DNA from: Flavobacteriaceae bacterium
GTDB lineage: Bacteria > Bacteroidota > Bacteroidia > Flavobacteriales > Flavobacteriaceae
Assembly (NCBI GenBank): GCA_947483075.1
Contig: CANKLE010000010.1
Coordinates: forward strand, 37,869-101,868
Reading direction: 5' to 3'
Length of the DNA: 64,000 nt
Position numbers and translations under genes: made by a program. Positions 1-10,599 of the stretch are shown here, in pieces. Each line of letters opens with the position of its first letter. Position 1 is the stretch's first letter. Under the pieces are notes generated by a model, which saw only the letters and a program-made list of their open reading frames with translations, was not told the DNA's origin and ran no database searches.

Positions 1-713
1 CCGCCAGTTCCCCAAGTATCAATATAAACGCGAAAAGGAATTGTGCCTTGTAATACCGATTCAAAATCAGTTACGTCGATGCTGTGGTTGCACCCAATGC
101 CATAGGGAGTTATGTAACGAATTAATTCTACCCATTCGCCTGCGGGGTTTTGAATTTGAACCCAGCACAATCGATCCCAATCGTCGCAGCCGCCCGATAT
201 GTTGGGGCAGGACACCGAAAAATTAGCCAAGATATTTTCGTAAATACCTACCGATTGCGGCATAGTAAAGGTGCCATAGGCCCATTGTGATCCTTGTGAC
301 GACCAATCAATTAGGGCATTTTCAAAGGTTTGTATGGTGCGGTCGCCCAGAGGGTTTGCCACTTCGACCGTTGCGCTGTAATTGCTTGAATTTCCGTTCG
401 AATCAGAAGCAACGATACTAATGCTGTGTGCGCCAAAACCAGCGGGAGTCCACCAATAGTCGTATTGCGAAACAATGGGGTTGGTTGCGGAATATTCTAC
501 ACCATCTATGGTAAAAGCAACGGTTGTAATGGTCGCATTTGCCGCCGAAGTAGTAACGTTGGCGGTCAATAAATACGCATCCAAACTGTTCATTTCTATG
601 GGAAATGCGTTGGAGATGCGCGTACTAATTACTACGGGATCTGTCAACGAAACGGTGTTGGCCAAAAGGGTTTGTGTCAACAAGACGATAAAAGCTACAA
701 GTCTACTGTTCAT
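1..713 (-). CDS. Secreted PNGase F-like (peptide-N-glycosidase F family) protein. Only the N-terminal part is present, and the gene runs off the left edge.
   Basis: My own reverse-strand translation from the ATG at 713 gives MNSRLVAFIVLLTQTLLANT (signal peptide), then SCPNISGGCDDWDRLCWVQIQNPAGEWVELIRYITPYGIGCNHSIDVTDFESVL. This parallels the CDEWDR / ITPY / IDVTDF block I recall from the Elizabethkingia PNGase F N-terminal domain. The frame stays open to position 1. It is missing from the ORF track because there is no stop codon in the window. Confidence 0.55.
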   Translation of the reverse strand, partial: MNSRLVAFIVLLTQTLLANTVSLTDPVVISTRISNAFPIEMNSLDAYLLTANVTTSAANATITTVAFTIDGVEYSATNPIVSQYDYWWTPAGFGAHSISIVASDSNGNSSNYSATVEVANPLGDRTIQTFENALIDWSSQGSQWAYGTFTMPQSVGIYENILANFSVSCPNISGGCDDWDRLCWVQIQNPAGEWVELIRYITPYGIGCNHSIDVTDFESVLQGTIPFRVYIDTWGTG

Positions 714-935
714 AGGAAAAGAGATTAGAATGGGGGCTAAATTACTACTTTTTGCCGAAATGCCTCCTGTCTTATTTGAGCGCTATATGAATGGGGCGAT
801 TCATTCGTTAATATTAAAATAAAATAACTCGTTTATTCTAATTAATTAGAGGGAACTTTCTAAATTAGCAACCGCATCATCAGGCTTTGTTCTACAAGAC
901 TGATACCGCGAAAGGACTTCCTAAAAAGTCAATTA

Positions 936-3182
936 ATGAAAACAATTATTCGATTTATGAAAAGAAATTATAAAATACTACTGCTGGTTGTAGCACTATC
1001 GGTTGCTTTGTGGAGTTTTATTCCCCGCGAACCCAAAACAGATCCAGAAAAAGACAAATTGCTTATCGAGTTGCTCACTTTTGTAATCGAAAAAGGGCAC
1101 TACAATCCTGCAGCCATAGACGATCAATTTTCAAAAGGAGTTTACAAAGATTACATCACTGCTTTGGATCCCTCCAAACGCTTTTTCTTGCAATCGGATA
1201 TGGATGAATTTGCGGCCTATGAGACCCAATTAGACGATCAAATTCGCAACAAAGACTTGTCTTTCTTCAACCTGACTTACGACCGATTGATAAAACGCAT
1301 CGAAGAAAGCAAGTCGTTTTACACCGATATTTTAGCCAAACCTTTTGATTATTCGGTAGACGAGAGTTTCAATACCGATTACGAAAAATTACCCTATGCC
1401 AAAACAACCGAAGAATTGTATGACAAATGGCGCAAACAAATAAAATTGTCTACGCTTTCTTCGTTGACAGATAAATTAGAAATGCAGGATGATTTAAAAA
1501 AAGGAATCAAGCCCAAAGCCAAAAAAACTGCAGACATTGATGATCCGAACGCAAAAATTCAGCTTACCGAATCAACGCCGACAAAAGACGACACTACGCC
1601 CAAAACGTTTGAAGCCCTAGAAAAAGAAACCCGAGAAAATTCGCTAAAATCCTTAAACGAATACTTTAGTTTCCTTCAAGATTTAGACCACAACGATTGG
1701 TTCTCGGTATACATCAATGCCATCGCCACCCGTTTTGACCCACATACCAATTATTTTCCGCCCGATGAAAAAGAACGTTTTGACGTGAGCATGAGCGGAA
1801 AATTAGAAGGAATTGGCGCCCGCTTACAAAAGAAAAATGATTACACCGAAATTTCTGAACTCATCTCTGGCGGACCGGCTTGGCGAGGCAAAGAACTCGA
1901 ATCGGGCGACATCATACTCAAAGTGGCTCAAGGAAGCGACGAACCCGTAGATGTGGGTGGAATGCATTTGGACGATGTAGTTAAAAAAATAAAAGGTCCA
2001 AAAGGCACCGAGGTGCGCCTCACCGTAAAAAAAGTAGACGGGTCGATTAAAGTCATTTCGATTATTCGCGACATTGTAGAAATCGAAGAAACCTATGCCA
2101 AATCGAGTGTGGTCGAAAAAAATGGGGTGAAATACGGAGTCATTTATCTCCCTAAATTTTACATTGATTTCGAAAACAACGACGGTCGCGATGCCGCCAA
2201 AGACATGGCCATCGAGGTAGAACGACTCAAAGAAGCCGGCGTACAAGGAATAGTTGTAGACGTGCGCGACAATGGCGGTGGCTCCTTAAAAACGGTAGTT
2301 GATATTGCCGGTTTATTTATAGAGCAAGGCCCCATTGTGCAAGTAAAATCGGCCGGAAGAAAGAAAGAAGTATTGTTTGATCACGATTCAAAAGTGCAAT
2401 GGGACGGACCATTGGTAGTCATGATTAACAGTTTTTCTGCTTCGGCTTCCGAAATTTTGGCGGCTGCCATTCAAGATTACCGCCGTGGAGTCATTATAGG
2501 AAGCAAGCAATCGTATGGCAAAGGAACAGTGCAAAATGTAATTGATTTGAATCAATTTGTGCGCGGAAATACCGTGGGTGATTTGGGAGCCTTAAAAACG
2601 ACTACCCAAAAATTCTACCGCATCAACGGGGGGTCTACTCAACTCGAAGGGGTGAGTAGTGATGTGGCCATTCCCGATCGCTATGCCTATTTAAAAATGG
2701 GCGAACGCGATATCGATAATGCCATGCCATGGGATAAGATAGATCCGGCAGAATATAAATTTTGGGACAAGCAAACCAATTTTGATGCGGCAATTGAGCG
2801 CAGTAAAGCCCGTATTTTGGCCAATTCAAATTACAAGTTGATAGACGAGAATGCGTTGTGGATTGACCAACGAAACAAAGAAAACACCTACAGTTTGAAC
2901 TTGGATAAATTTAAAAAAGAACAAGACGCCATCGAAGAAAACGCGAAGAAATACAAGTCAATTTCTGATTATGATTCAAAGCTAAAATTCAACTCTTTGC
3001 CCTACGAACAAGTTCTAATGAATTCGGATTTGTCTTTAAAAGAAAAGAGAGAACGTTGGCATGAAGCTTTAGAAAAAGATATTTATATAGAGGAGTCCAT
3101 CAATGTTTTGGGAGATTTGTTGCCTAAATCGGCCAAAGCTTCAGCACTAAAAACAACCAAAAGCAACTCGCCTAAATCCTAA
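936..3182 (+). CDS. Carboxy-terminal processing (tail-specific) peptidase, S41 family
   Basis: 748 aa with an N-terminal membrane anchor, a PDZ-like segment (GDIILKVAQG) and an S41 core (DVRDNGGGS, SFSASASEILA, GKGTVQ). An alternative start is at 957. Confidence 0.85.
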   Translation: MKTIIRFMKRNYKILLLVVALSVALWSFIPREPKTDPEKDKLLIELLTFVIEKGHYNPAAIDDQFSKGVYKDYITALDPSKRFFLQSDMDEFAAYETQLDDQIRNKDLSFFNLTYDRLIKRIEESKSFYTDILAKPFDYSVDESFNTDYEKLPYAKTTEELYDKWRKQIKLSTLSSLTDKLEMQDDLKKGIKPKAKKTADIDDPNAKIQLTESTPTKDDTTPKTFEALEKETRENSLKSLNEYFSFLQDLDHNDWFSVYINAIATRFDPHTNYFPPDEKERFDVSMSGKLEGIGARLQKKNDYTEISELISGGPAWRGKELESGDIILKVAQGSDEPVDVGGMHLDDVVKKIKGPKGTEVRLTVKKVDGSIKVISIIRDIVEIEETYAKSSVVEKNGVKYGVIYLPKFYIDFENNDGRDAAKDMAIEVERLKEAGVQGIVVDVRDNGGGSLKTVVDIAGLFIEQGPIVQVKSAGRKKEVLFDHDSKVQWDGPLVVMINSFSASASEILAAAIQDYRRGVIIGSKQSYGKGTVQNVIDLNQFVRGNTVGDLGALKTTTQKFYRINGGSTQLEGVSSDVAIPDRYAYLKMGERDIDNAMPWDKIDPAEYKFWDKQTNFDAAIERSKARILANSNYKLIDENALWIDQRNKENTYSLNLDKFKKEQDAIEENAKKYKSISDYDSKLKFNSLPYEQVLMNSDLSLKEKRERWHEALEKDIYIEESINVLGDLLPKSAKASALKTTKSNSPKS

Positions 3183-3203
3183 ACTTAGGCCATTTTATAA
3201 TTA

Positions 3204-3232
3204 AAAAGCTTCCTAATCAGAAGCTTTTTTTT
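3204..3232. terminator. Bidirectional intrinsic terminator between the S41 peptidase gene and rodA
   Basis: AAAAGCTTC-ctaatca-GAAGCTTTT is flanked by an A-run and a T-run between convergent genes. Confidence 0.7.
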
Positions 3233-3233
3233 A

Positions 3234-4490
3234 TTACCACTCGTTTACTTTATTGGCATCCATTTTCAGGAAGATAAAGAGCAAAATGGTAAAGCCCCAT
3301 AAGCCAGATCCTCCATACGAAAAGAAGGGAAGAGGCACTCCAATGGTGGGAAAAATACCCGCTACCATGGCAATATTGATGAAAAAGTGGATGAATAAAA
3401 TACCGGCTACTCCATAACCATAAACGCGGCTAAATTTGGTTTTTTGACGTTCGGCCAAGTAAATGATTCTAAAAATAAGCCCCACAAATAGGGCGATGAC
3501 AACCAAACAGCCAAAGAATCCCCATTCTTCGCCAACGGTTGTAAAAATGTAATCGGTATGTTGTTCGGGCACAAATCCTCCCTTGGTTTGTGTTCCTTCT
3601 AAAAAGCCTTTGCCAAACCATCCGCCAGAGCCAATGGCTATCTCCGATTGGTTGGTGTTGTATCCAATTCCTTTCAGATCGACTTCTTTGCCCAATAGGA
3701 TGTTGAATCGATCGCGGTGGTGTTGCTTAAATACGTGCTCAAATACATAATCTACCGAGAATACAAAACCAGAAATGAGCAACATAATGAGTGCGCTCGC
3801 AATGATGTTGCGGTCAATCATTCGGCTTCTGATGTAGACAATAATCACAACTGCCAAAGCAATTCCGATCAAGGCCAATGGCTGAATGATCAAAGCCAAT
3901 ACAAATAAGAAAATCGCGATAAAGCCGGTCCATAAATACCAGGAAGGCAATCCTTCGCGGTGCAGTACAAAAATGAAAATGATATAGATTAAGGCGCTAC
4001 CAGGGTCATGAATGGCAATTAAGAGCACGGGAAAGAAAATGAGGGCCAAAGCTTGTACTTGTCGGTTAACGTCTTTTAGGTTTACCTGTACATCACTCAA
4101 GTATTTAGCTAAAGCCAAGGCAGTTGCTGCTTTTACAAATTCGGAGGGCTGAATACCAAAGGAACCAAACGAATACCAGTTGGCCTGACCTTTTACTGTT
4201 TTTCCAAACACAAACAAACCGGCAATTGAGAGCAACCCGACCCCGTAAATTAGGCCAGCAAATTTTTCATAGAACTTTCCGTCTACTGACAGAATTACAA
4301 AGATGAGGGGAATAGTCAAAAATAAATACAGCAATTGTTTGCCGTAGAATTGACTAAAATCAAAAATAAAATTAGAATCAGAGAGCGACAAAGAGGAAGA
4401 ATAGATGTTGAGCCAACCCAAGATCACGAGAACCATGTAAATAATTACACTCATCCAGTCTAAATTGTTGGTTACACTCTGATTTTTCAT
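3234..4490 (-). CDS. rodA: Rod shape-determining protein RodA (SEDS family)
   Basis: 418 aa polytopic membrane protein of the FtsW/RodA type. It is the last gene of the mreBCD-mrdA-rodA string. Confidence 0.9.
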   Translation of the reverse strand: MKNQSVTNNLDWMSVIIYMVLVILGWLNIYSSSLSLSDSNFIFDFSQFYGKQLLYLFLTIPLIFVILSVDGKFYEKFAGLIYGVGLLSIAGLFVFGKTVKGQANWYSFGSFGIQPSEFVKAATALALAKYLSDVQVNLKDVNRQVQALALIFFPVLLIAIHDPGSALIYIIFIFVLHREGLPSWYLWTGFIAIFLFVLALIIQPLALIGIALAVVIIVYIRSRMIDRNIIASALIMLLISGFVFSVDYVFEHVFKQHHRDRFNILLGKEVDLKGIGYNTNQSEIAIGSGGWFGKGFLEGTQTKGGFVPEQHTDYIFTTVGEEWGFFGCLVVIALFVGLIFRIIYLAERQKTKFSRVYGYGVAGILFIHFFINIAMVAGIFPTIGVPLPFFSYGGSGLWGFTILLFIFLKMDANKVNEW

Positions 4491-4495
4491 TTCTA

Positions 4496-6400
4496 CTAAT
4501 TTTCTATTTCCGTATCGGTACTGCTCGCGGCCGGTTTAGTCAACAGCAAACTGTCTACTGCTTTTCGTCCGGTATAGCGGGCATATTCGCCTTGTAAACT
4601 GCCTTCGAGCATGCGTTTTTCTAAATCGGTTCGGGTGATTTTTTTGCGCAAATATTTCTCAATCATTAAACTGCTAATGGGACCTGCCCAACGCGCTCCC
4701 CAATACCCATTTTCGACCAAAACGGCAATGGCAATTTTAGGATTATTTCGCGGAGCAAAAGCCACAAAGATAGAGTGGTCTTGAAGCTTGGTGCGCTTGC
4801 CATTGATCTTGGCAAAATTTTCGGCAGTACCTGTTTTACCACAAATTTCAATGCCATCTACTTTTAAGGCATAGGCCGTTCCTAAATTATACACATCAAA
4901 CAATCCGTCAATAACCGGTTGGAAATACTTGCGATTGATTGTGGTGAAATGCTTGGTACGGAATTTTTTGTCGATGGGTATGCCCTTTATTTTCTTGATG
5001 ATATGAGGCGTAAAGTAAAACCCGTGATTGGCCACGGCAGCCATCATATTGGCCAATTGAATTGGCGTCATGAGGACTTCACCTTGTCCGATAGAATTAG
5101 ACACAATAGCCGTACTTCTCCAGCCTCCATTGGGATAAATGCGTTTGTAGGTTTTGGAGGTCGGTGCTTTCCCTTTGCGTCCTGTGGGTAAATCATAGCC
5201 CATAAAATGACCCAACCCAAAACTCTGAATGTGGTTGCTCCAGATGTCTACTCCGTCGGCAGGCCGTAAGTATTTGTTGATGGTCTTCATGTAGGCCGTG
5301 CCAAAGTAACTGTTGCAGGATTCATAGATTCCCCGATGCAATTGCATGACACCTCCATGGCAGTGGCAACGCATAAATCGACCTCTGGCGTAACTAAATC
5401 CATGGTTACAAACTACAGACGATTGTTCATTGATTACTCCTTCTTGAAGTGCTACAAGCCCGGTGAGGATTTTAAACGGCGAACCCGGTGGATATTCAGC
5501 CAAAAGGCCTCGATCGTAAAGTGGTTTGGCAATCGAATCGCGGTACAATTTCGTATAATTCTTTGAGCGTTGTCGCCCTACCAAAATAGAAGGATCATAG
5601 GAAGGCGCGGTAACCAAAGCCAGTATCTCACCAGTACGAGGTTCTATCGCTACAATGCCGCCTCGCTTGTTTACCATCAACTCTTCGCCGTATTTTTGGA
5701 GTTCGGCATCAATGGTCAAATTGATGTCTTTTCCTTGCACGGCAATGGTGTCGTATTTGCCCTCTTTGTAGGAACCTATTTCTCGATTGTATTTGTCTTT
5801 GAGCGTATACTTTACCCCTTTCACGCCACGCAACGTATTCTCGTAACTTTCTTCTACTCCTTGTCGGCCTATCAAATCGCCGCTGTTGTAATAGGGATTT
5901 TTCTTGATTAAATTTTCATTTACCTGGGTGATAAAACCAAACACGTTGGCCCCAAAACGCACTTGGTAGTCACGCAACGAACGCTTTTGAATATAAAATC
6001 CTTCAAATTTTCTGATTTTTTCCTGAAAGGCCGCAAACTCTAATTTATTAAGCTGCGGTAAAAACACCGAAGGCAAACGCGGGCTATAGACTTTTGCTTT
6101 TGCGATGGTTTTTAAGAAGCGGTCTTTGCTGATTTCAAGCAATTGACAAAACTCAATAGTATCCAAATTTTTAATGTCTTTGGGAATAACCATGATGTCA
6201 TATGACGGTTGATTGGCTACCAATAAGGTGCCATGCCGGTCGTAAATATATCCGCGTTCGGGATAGTCGTATTTAATTTTGATGGCGTTGTTTTCTGATT
6301 TTAACTTGAACGAATCATTGATGATTTGCAAGTAAAAAAGCCGAAGAATCAACAGCGCTGTTGCGACAATTATAAAGGTAGGCAGGACTACTTTTCTCAT
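4496..6400 (-). CDS. mrdA: Penicillin-binding protein 2 (elongasome transpeptidase)
   Basis: 634 aa with an N-terminal TM segment. Transpeptidase motifs are SxxK (GSPFK), SxN (SNSIGQG) and KTG (GKTGTA). It lies between mreD and rodA. Confidence 0.9.
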   Translation of the reverse strand: MRKVVLPTFIIVATALLILRLFYLQIINDSFKLKSENNAIKIKYDYPERGYIYDRHGTLLVANQPSYDIMVIPKDIKNLDTIEFCQLLEISKDRFLKTIAKAKVYSPRLPSVFLPQLNKLEFAAFQEKIRKFEGFYIQKRSLRDYQVRFGANVFGFITQVNENLIKKNPYYNSGDLIGRQGVEESYENTLRGVKGVKYTLKDKYNREIGSYKEGKYDTIAVQGKDINLTIDAELQKYGEELMVNKRGGIVAIEPRTGEILALVTAPSYDPSILVGRQRSKNYTKLYRDSIAKPLYDRGLLAEYPPGSPFKILTGLVALQEGVINEQSSVVCNHGFSYARGRFMRCHCHGGVMQLHRGIYESCNSYFGTAYMKTINKYLRPADGVDIWSNHIQSFGLGHFMGYDLPTGRKGKAPTSKTYKRIYPNGGWRSTAIVSNSIGQGEVLMTPIQLANMMAAVANHGFYFTPHIIKKIKGIPIDKKFRTKHFTTINRKYFQPVIDGLFDVYNLGTAYALKVDGIEICGKTGTAENFAKINGKRTKLQDHSIFVAFAPRNNPKIAIAVLVENGYWGARWAGPISSLMIEKYLRKKITRTDLEKRMLEGSLQGEYARYTGRKAVDSLLLTKPAASSTDTEIEN

Positions 6401-6903
6401 CGTCTGCTGGGCTTAATGAGGTAAATAATACTAATACAAATAAGCAGCGTAAAGAGTGTAGTGAGCAGTGTTTTTACGAGTATTTCCCACAAAAAATTAA
6501 GTCTGAAAATTTCTAAAAAAAACAAAGTAAAATGATGTATTGCTACCGCAAGCAGCAAAAAAGTAAAGCGTTCGGGCGTGAGAGAATCATTGAGTTTTAC
6601 CGTTTGGTATTCGTAACTCAATCCAAAGGAGAATTTAAAAATAGCGGGTCGGCTATAGGCCAAAACGATACTTGCAAGCGCATGTACGCCCCCCGAATTG
6701 CAAAACATATCCAAGCATATTCCCAGCAAGAAACTGCCAACTAATAAAGCTGTTTTATTTCCGTTTACCGGATACAAAATGATGAATAAAATGTAGGGGT
6801 AGGGATTGATATAACCAAACAAATTGAGGTTGTTAAACAACAGAATTTGCAAGATTAACAGCAGTAAAAAACGGGCGAAATTTACAAATACAGCACTACT
6901 CAT
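6397..6903 (-). CDS. mreD: Rod shape-determining protein MreD
   Basis: 168 aa hydrophobic protein that overlaps both the mreC stop and the mrdA start. Confidence 0.8.
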   Translation of the reverse strand: MSSAVFVNFARFLLLLILQILLFNNLNLFGYINPYPYILFIILYPVNGNKTALLVGSFLLGICLDMFCNSGGVHALASIVLAYSRPAIFKFSFGLSYEYQTVKLNDSLTPERFTFLLLAVAIHHFTLFFLEIFRLNFLWEILVKTLLTTLFTLLICISIIYLIKPSRR

Positions 6904-7717
6904 CTCCCTGTTTTTCTAAATTAATGATTTCGTCTCTGTCTTTGCTTTTGATGATGTACACATGCCCCAAATTGGTCATGTCGTTGAATAATTTTACATC
7001 GAGTGTGTAATAGTTGGTTAGGTTGTCAATGTATATTTTATCGATCGTACCCACACCAATGTTTTCGGGAAATATCACCGATTGGCCACCCGTTACAATC
7101 GTGTCTCCTTTGTGCACAGAGGCCAAGCGAGGCACGTCAATCAGTTGAACAAATCCGGTGCTTTTTCCGTTCCAAACCAAGGAACCGAAGTGGTTTGTTT
7201 TTTTGATTTTGGCATTGATTTGCGATTTTACATTCAAAATACTGATGATTGTAGAATAGTTTTCGGATGTTTTATCGACGATGCCAATAATTCCCGCACT
7301 GTTGATTACACCCATGTCTGATTGTACCCCCTGAACGGTTCCGCTGTTGATAGTAAGGTAATTTTCGTGCGAATTGTAGGCGTTGTGAATGACTTTAGAG
7401 ACGATGATGTTTACTTTTTTTACGCCTTTTATACTGTCTAATTTTGGCAACAAAGTACTGTCTTTGATGTTGAAGATCAACATTTTTAAACGGGCATTCT
7501 CCAGCGCCAATTCTTCATTTTGGTCTTTTAGGCGGATGTATTCGGCGAGCGAATTCAGTCGTTCATAAATGCCTCCGGTAAAGAAATTGGCCGAACTGAT
7601 TACCTTGCTACGGTGAAAAGAATGAAATTGAATAGTGAGCACAAAGGATAGGAATAAAAGCAGCAAAAACAGCAATCGATAGCTGTTTTTAAATACAAAA
7701 TTGAATATTTGCTGCAT
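6896..7717 (-). CDS. mreC: Rod shape-determining protein MreC
   Basis: 273 aa with an N-terminal TM segment, a coiled-coil region (LKDQNEELALENARLK) and a beta-rich C-terminus. It lies downstream of mreB. Confidence 0.85.
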   Translation of the reverse strand: MQQIFNFVFKNSYRLLFLLLLFLSFVLTIQFHSFHRSKVISSANFFTGGIYERLNSLAEYIRLKDQNEELALENARLKMLIFNIKDSTLLPKLDSIKGVKKVNIIVSKVIHNAYNSHENYLTINSGTVQGVQSDMGVINSAGIIGIVDKTSENYSTIISILNVKSQINAKIKKTNHFGSLVWNGKSTGFVQLIDVPRLASVHKGDTIVTGGQSVIFPENIGVGTIDKIYIDNLTNYYTLDVKLFNDMTNLGHVYIIKSKDRDEIINLEKQGDE

Positions 7718-7806
7718 TTTCTAGAAATATATATTCGAACTCACTTAAAAATACAACTTCCAAAATAAGCGCAGTAAAGCCAAGTCTTTTTGAAAGTAAT
7801 ACGGTA

Positions 7807-8835
7807 TTATTTGATTAGAATGCTTTTGAATTTAGGAATGTTTTTCAATGCCATTCCAGTTCCGCGAACTACAGCTCGTAAAGGGTCTTCGGCAATATAA
7901 ACGGGTAAATCTGTTTTTTGTGATATACGTTTGTCTAGTCCGCGAAGCATAGATCCACCGCCGGCCAGGTAAATCCCAGTGTTGTAAATATCAGCCGCTA
8001 ATTCTGGCGGAGTTTGAGAAAGGGTTTCCATTACAGCATCTTCAATACGCTGAATGGACTTGTCTAAGGCTTTGGCAATTTCGCGGTAGGAAACGTCTAC
8101 TTGTTTGGGTTTTCCCGTTAATAAGTCACGTCCTTGAACTGACATTTCTTCTGGGGGCGCTTCTAAATCTTCAAGAGCCGCACCAATCGAGATTTTTACT
8201 TTCTCGGCCATGCTTTCTCCAATAAATAAATTGTGTTGGGTTCGCATATAATACAAAATATCATTTGTAAATACATCTCCCGCAATTTTTACCGATTTGT
8301 CGCAAACAATTCCTCCCAAGGCAATCACTGCAATTTCTGTGGTACCTCCACCAATATCTACAATCATATTTCCTTTCGGTTGCATGATGTCAATGCCAAT
8401 ACCAATCGCTGCAGCCATTGGCTCGTGAATCAGGTATACTTCTTTTCCGTTTACACGTTCACAAGATTCTTTTACTGCCCGCATTTCTACTTCGGTAATT
8501 CCAGAAGGAATACAGACCACCATGCGCAAGGCTGGCGTAAACATTCTTTTTTTGAGTGCAGGAATACTTTTGATAAACATGTTGATCATCTTCTCAGACG
8601 CGTCAAAATCGGCGATAACCCCATCTTTTAACGGACGTATGGTTTTGATGTTTTCATGGGTTTTCCCTTGCATCATATTGGCCTCTTTACCCACCGCAAT
8701 AATTTTGCCGGTGATGCGATCACGGGCAACAATCGAAGGGCTGTCGATCACCACTTTGTCGTTATGAATAATCAAGGTGTTGGCTGTACCAAGGTCTATC
8801 GCAATATCCTCGGTCATAAAATCAAAGAATCCCAT
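7807..8835 (-). CDS. mreB: Rod shape-determining actin homologue MreB
   Basis: 342 aa with DLGTANT and DIGGGTTE phosphate-binding motifs. Confidence 0.95.
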   Translation of the reverse strand: MGFFDFMTEDIAIDLGTANTLIIHNDKVVIDSPSIVARDRITGKIIAVGKEANMMQGKTHENIKTIRPLKDGVIADFDASEKMINMFIKSIPALKKRMFTPALRMVVCIPSGITEVEMRAVKESCERVNGKEVYLIHEPMAAAIGIGIDIMQPKGNMIVDIGGGTTEIAVIALGGIVCDKSVKIAGDVFTNDILYYMRTQHNLFIGESMAEKVKISIGAALEDLEAPPEEMSVQGRDLLTGKPKQVDVSYREIAKALDKSIQRIEDAVMETLSQTPPELAADIYNTGIYLAGGGSMLRGLDKRISQKTDLPVYIAEDPLRAVVRGTGMALKNIPKFKSILIK

Positions 8836-8889
8836 AAGTATACTGGGTTATTAGGTTTAAATCAAAAATTACGTACAAAGTTAAACAAA

Positions 8890-10413
8890 TTAATGTTTGA
8901 AATGACGCGTTCCTGTAAATACCATCGCAACTTTATTTTCGTTGCAAAAGGCAATACTCAATTCGTCTTTTATCGAGCCACCAGGCTGAATTACAGCAGT
9001 AATTCCTTCGTTTTTTGCGATTTCTACACAGTCTGGAAACGGGAAAAAAGCATCGCTTGCCATCACAGCACCATGCAAATCAAATCCAAACGTATTTGCT
9101 TTTTTTATAGCCTGATCTAAAGCATCTACTCGAGACGTTTGTCCAGTACCTGAGGCAATCAAAGTTTGGTTTTTGGCCAAGACAATCGTGTTCGATTTTG
9201 TGTTTTTGCAAATTTTTGACGCAAACAATAAATCGTCAATTTCTGAAGCAGTTGGCGTTGTAATGGTGACTGTTTTTAGATCGCTTGCGGCGTCAGTAAT
9301 GTTGTTTTTATCTTGAATTAATAGGCCATTCAAGCAGCTGCGCACTTGAGTCTCGGGCAAGGCTACTTTGTTTTGCACTAAAATAATTCTATTTTTTTTC
9401 TCGGTTAATATGGCCAAGGCATCGGCATCATAGTGTGGCGCAATTACCACCTCACAAAACAGGGAATTGATTTCAAAAGCAGTAGCAGCATCAATGTTGC
9501 CGTTGGCAATTAGTACTCCACCAAATGCCGAGGTTGGATCACCCGCCAAAGCAGCCAAATAGGCCTCTTTCATGCTTGGTCGTGTAGCTATTCCACAGGC
9601 GTTGTTGTGTTTTAAAATGGCAAAAGTAGGATCGTTATCTTGGAATTCTAAAATCAAATTGACGGCGGCATCTACATCCAAGAGGTTGTTGTACGACAAT
9701 TCTTTGCCGTGTACTTTGCTAAACATGGCCTCAAAATCGCCAAAGAAAAATCCTTTTTGGTGCGGGTTTTCGCCGTAACGCAATATAGCGCCATCAGCCA
9801 CACTGGCTTTGAAATAGGTAGGGTCGGTATTGAAATAATTAAAAATAGCCGAATCGTAGTGGGAAGAAACATGAAATGCTTTGGTGGCGAACCACTTGCG
9901 CTGATCCAATGTAGAACTGTTTCCGGCGGCTATGACATCCATAAAAGCCGCATATTCAGTTACCGAAGGCACGATGAGGGTGTCTTTAAAATTTTTTGCA
10001 GCGGCGCGAATCAAGGAAATTCCACCGATGTCAATTTTTTCGATGATGTCGGCTTCGCTTGCGCCAGAAGTCACCGTTTTTTCAAAGGGGTACAAATCTA
10101 CAATCACCACATCCAATTGTGGAATGTTATATTCCTCCATTTGTTGCACATCGCCTTCGTGATCTTGTCGGTTTAATATCCCGCCAAAAATTTTGGGGTG
10201 CAAGGTTTTTACTCGTCCACCTAAAATAGAAGGATAAGACGTAACCTCTTCTACGGGAATTACTGGAATGCCCAGATTTCGGATAAAATCTTCTGTTCCT
10301 CCGGTAGAGTAAAGGCTCACGTTTAATTCGTGTAATCGGCGTACAATGGGTTCTAATCCCTCTTTGGAAAACACAGAAATAAGGGCGGCTTGAATGGGTT
10401 TTGTTGCAGTCAT
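8890..10413 (-). CDS. purH: Bifunctional AICAR formyltransferase / IMP cyclohydrolase
   Basis: 507 aa with an MGS-like N-terminus (ALISVFSKEGL) and the YGENPHQ motif. Confidence 0.95.
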   Translation of the reverse strand: MTATKPIQAALISVFSKEGLEPIVRRLHELNVSLYSTGGTEDFIRNLGIPVIPVEEVTSYPSILGGRVKTLHPKIFGGILNRQDHEGDVQQMEEYNIPQLDVVIVDLYPFEKTVTSGASEADIIEKIDIGGISLIRAAAKNFKDTLIVPSVTEYAAFMDVIAAGNSSTLDQRKWFATKAFHVSSHYDSAIFNYFNTDPTYFKASVADGAILRYGENPHQKGFFFGDFEAMFSKVHGKELSYNNLLDVDAAVNLILEFQDNDPTFAILKHNNACGIATRPSMKEAYLAALAGDPTSAFGGVLIANGNIDAATAFEINSLFCEVVIAPHYDADALAILTEKKNRIILVQNKVALPETQVRSCLNGLLIQDKNNITDAASDLKTVTITTPTASEIDDLLFASKICKNTKSNTIVLAKNQTLIASGTGQTSRVDALDQAIKKANTFGFDLHGAVMASDAFFPFPDCVEIAKNEGITAVIQPGGSIKDELSIAFCNENKVAMVFTGTRHFKH

Positions 10414-10599
10414 GTAGTGTGTGTTGGAACTGTTTTGAAACAGCTCGATTTAGTACTGCAAAAGTAGTTTTTTGTCCCGAAAAATCAACCCCAATTTTGC
10501 ATTAAAAAGACAGAATTTCTGCTCTTTTTTTAACGATAATGAAATTAGGAAAGTGAAAAAAAAAGCCTGAATTTTACGCCAACAAATTTCAGGTTTCCT

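Noticed and set aside
475-822. 115-aa plus-strand ORF from the track
   Set aside because: It lies antisense to a much longer open frame with a signal peptide and a PNGase F-like motif block (1-713, minus strand). It has no recognisable features of its own.
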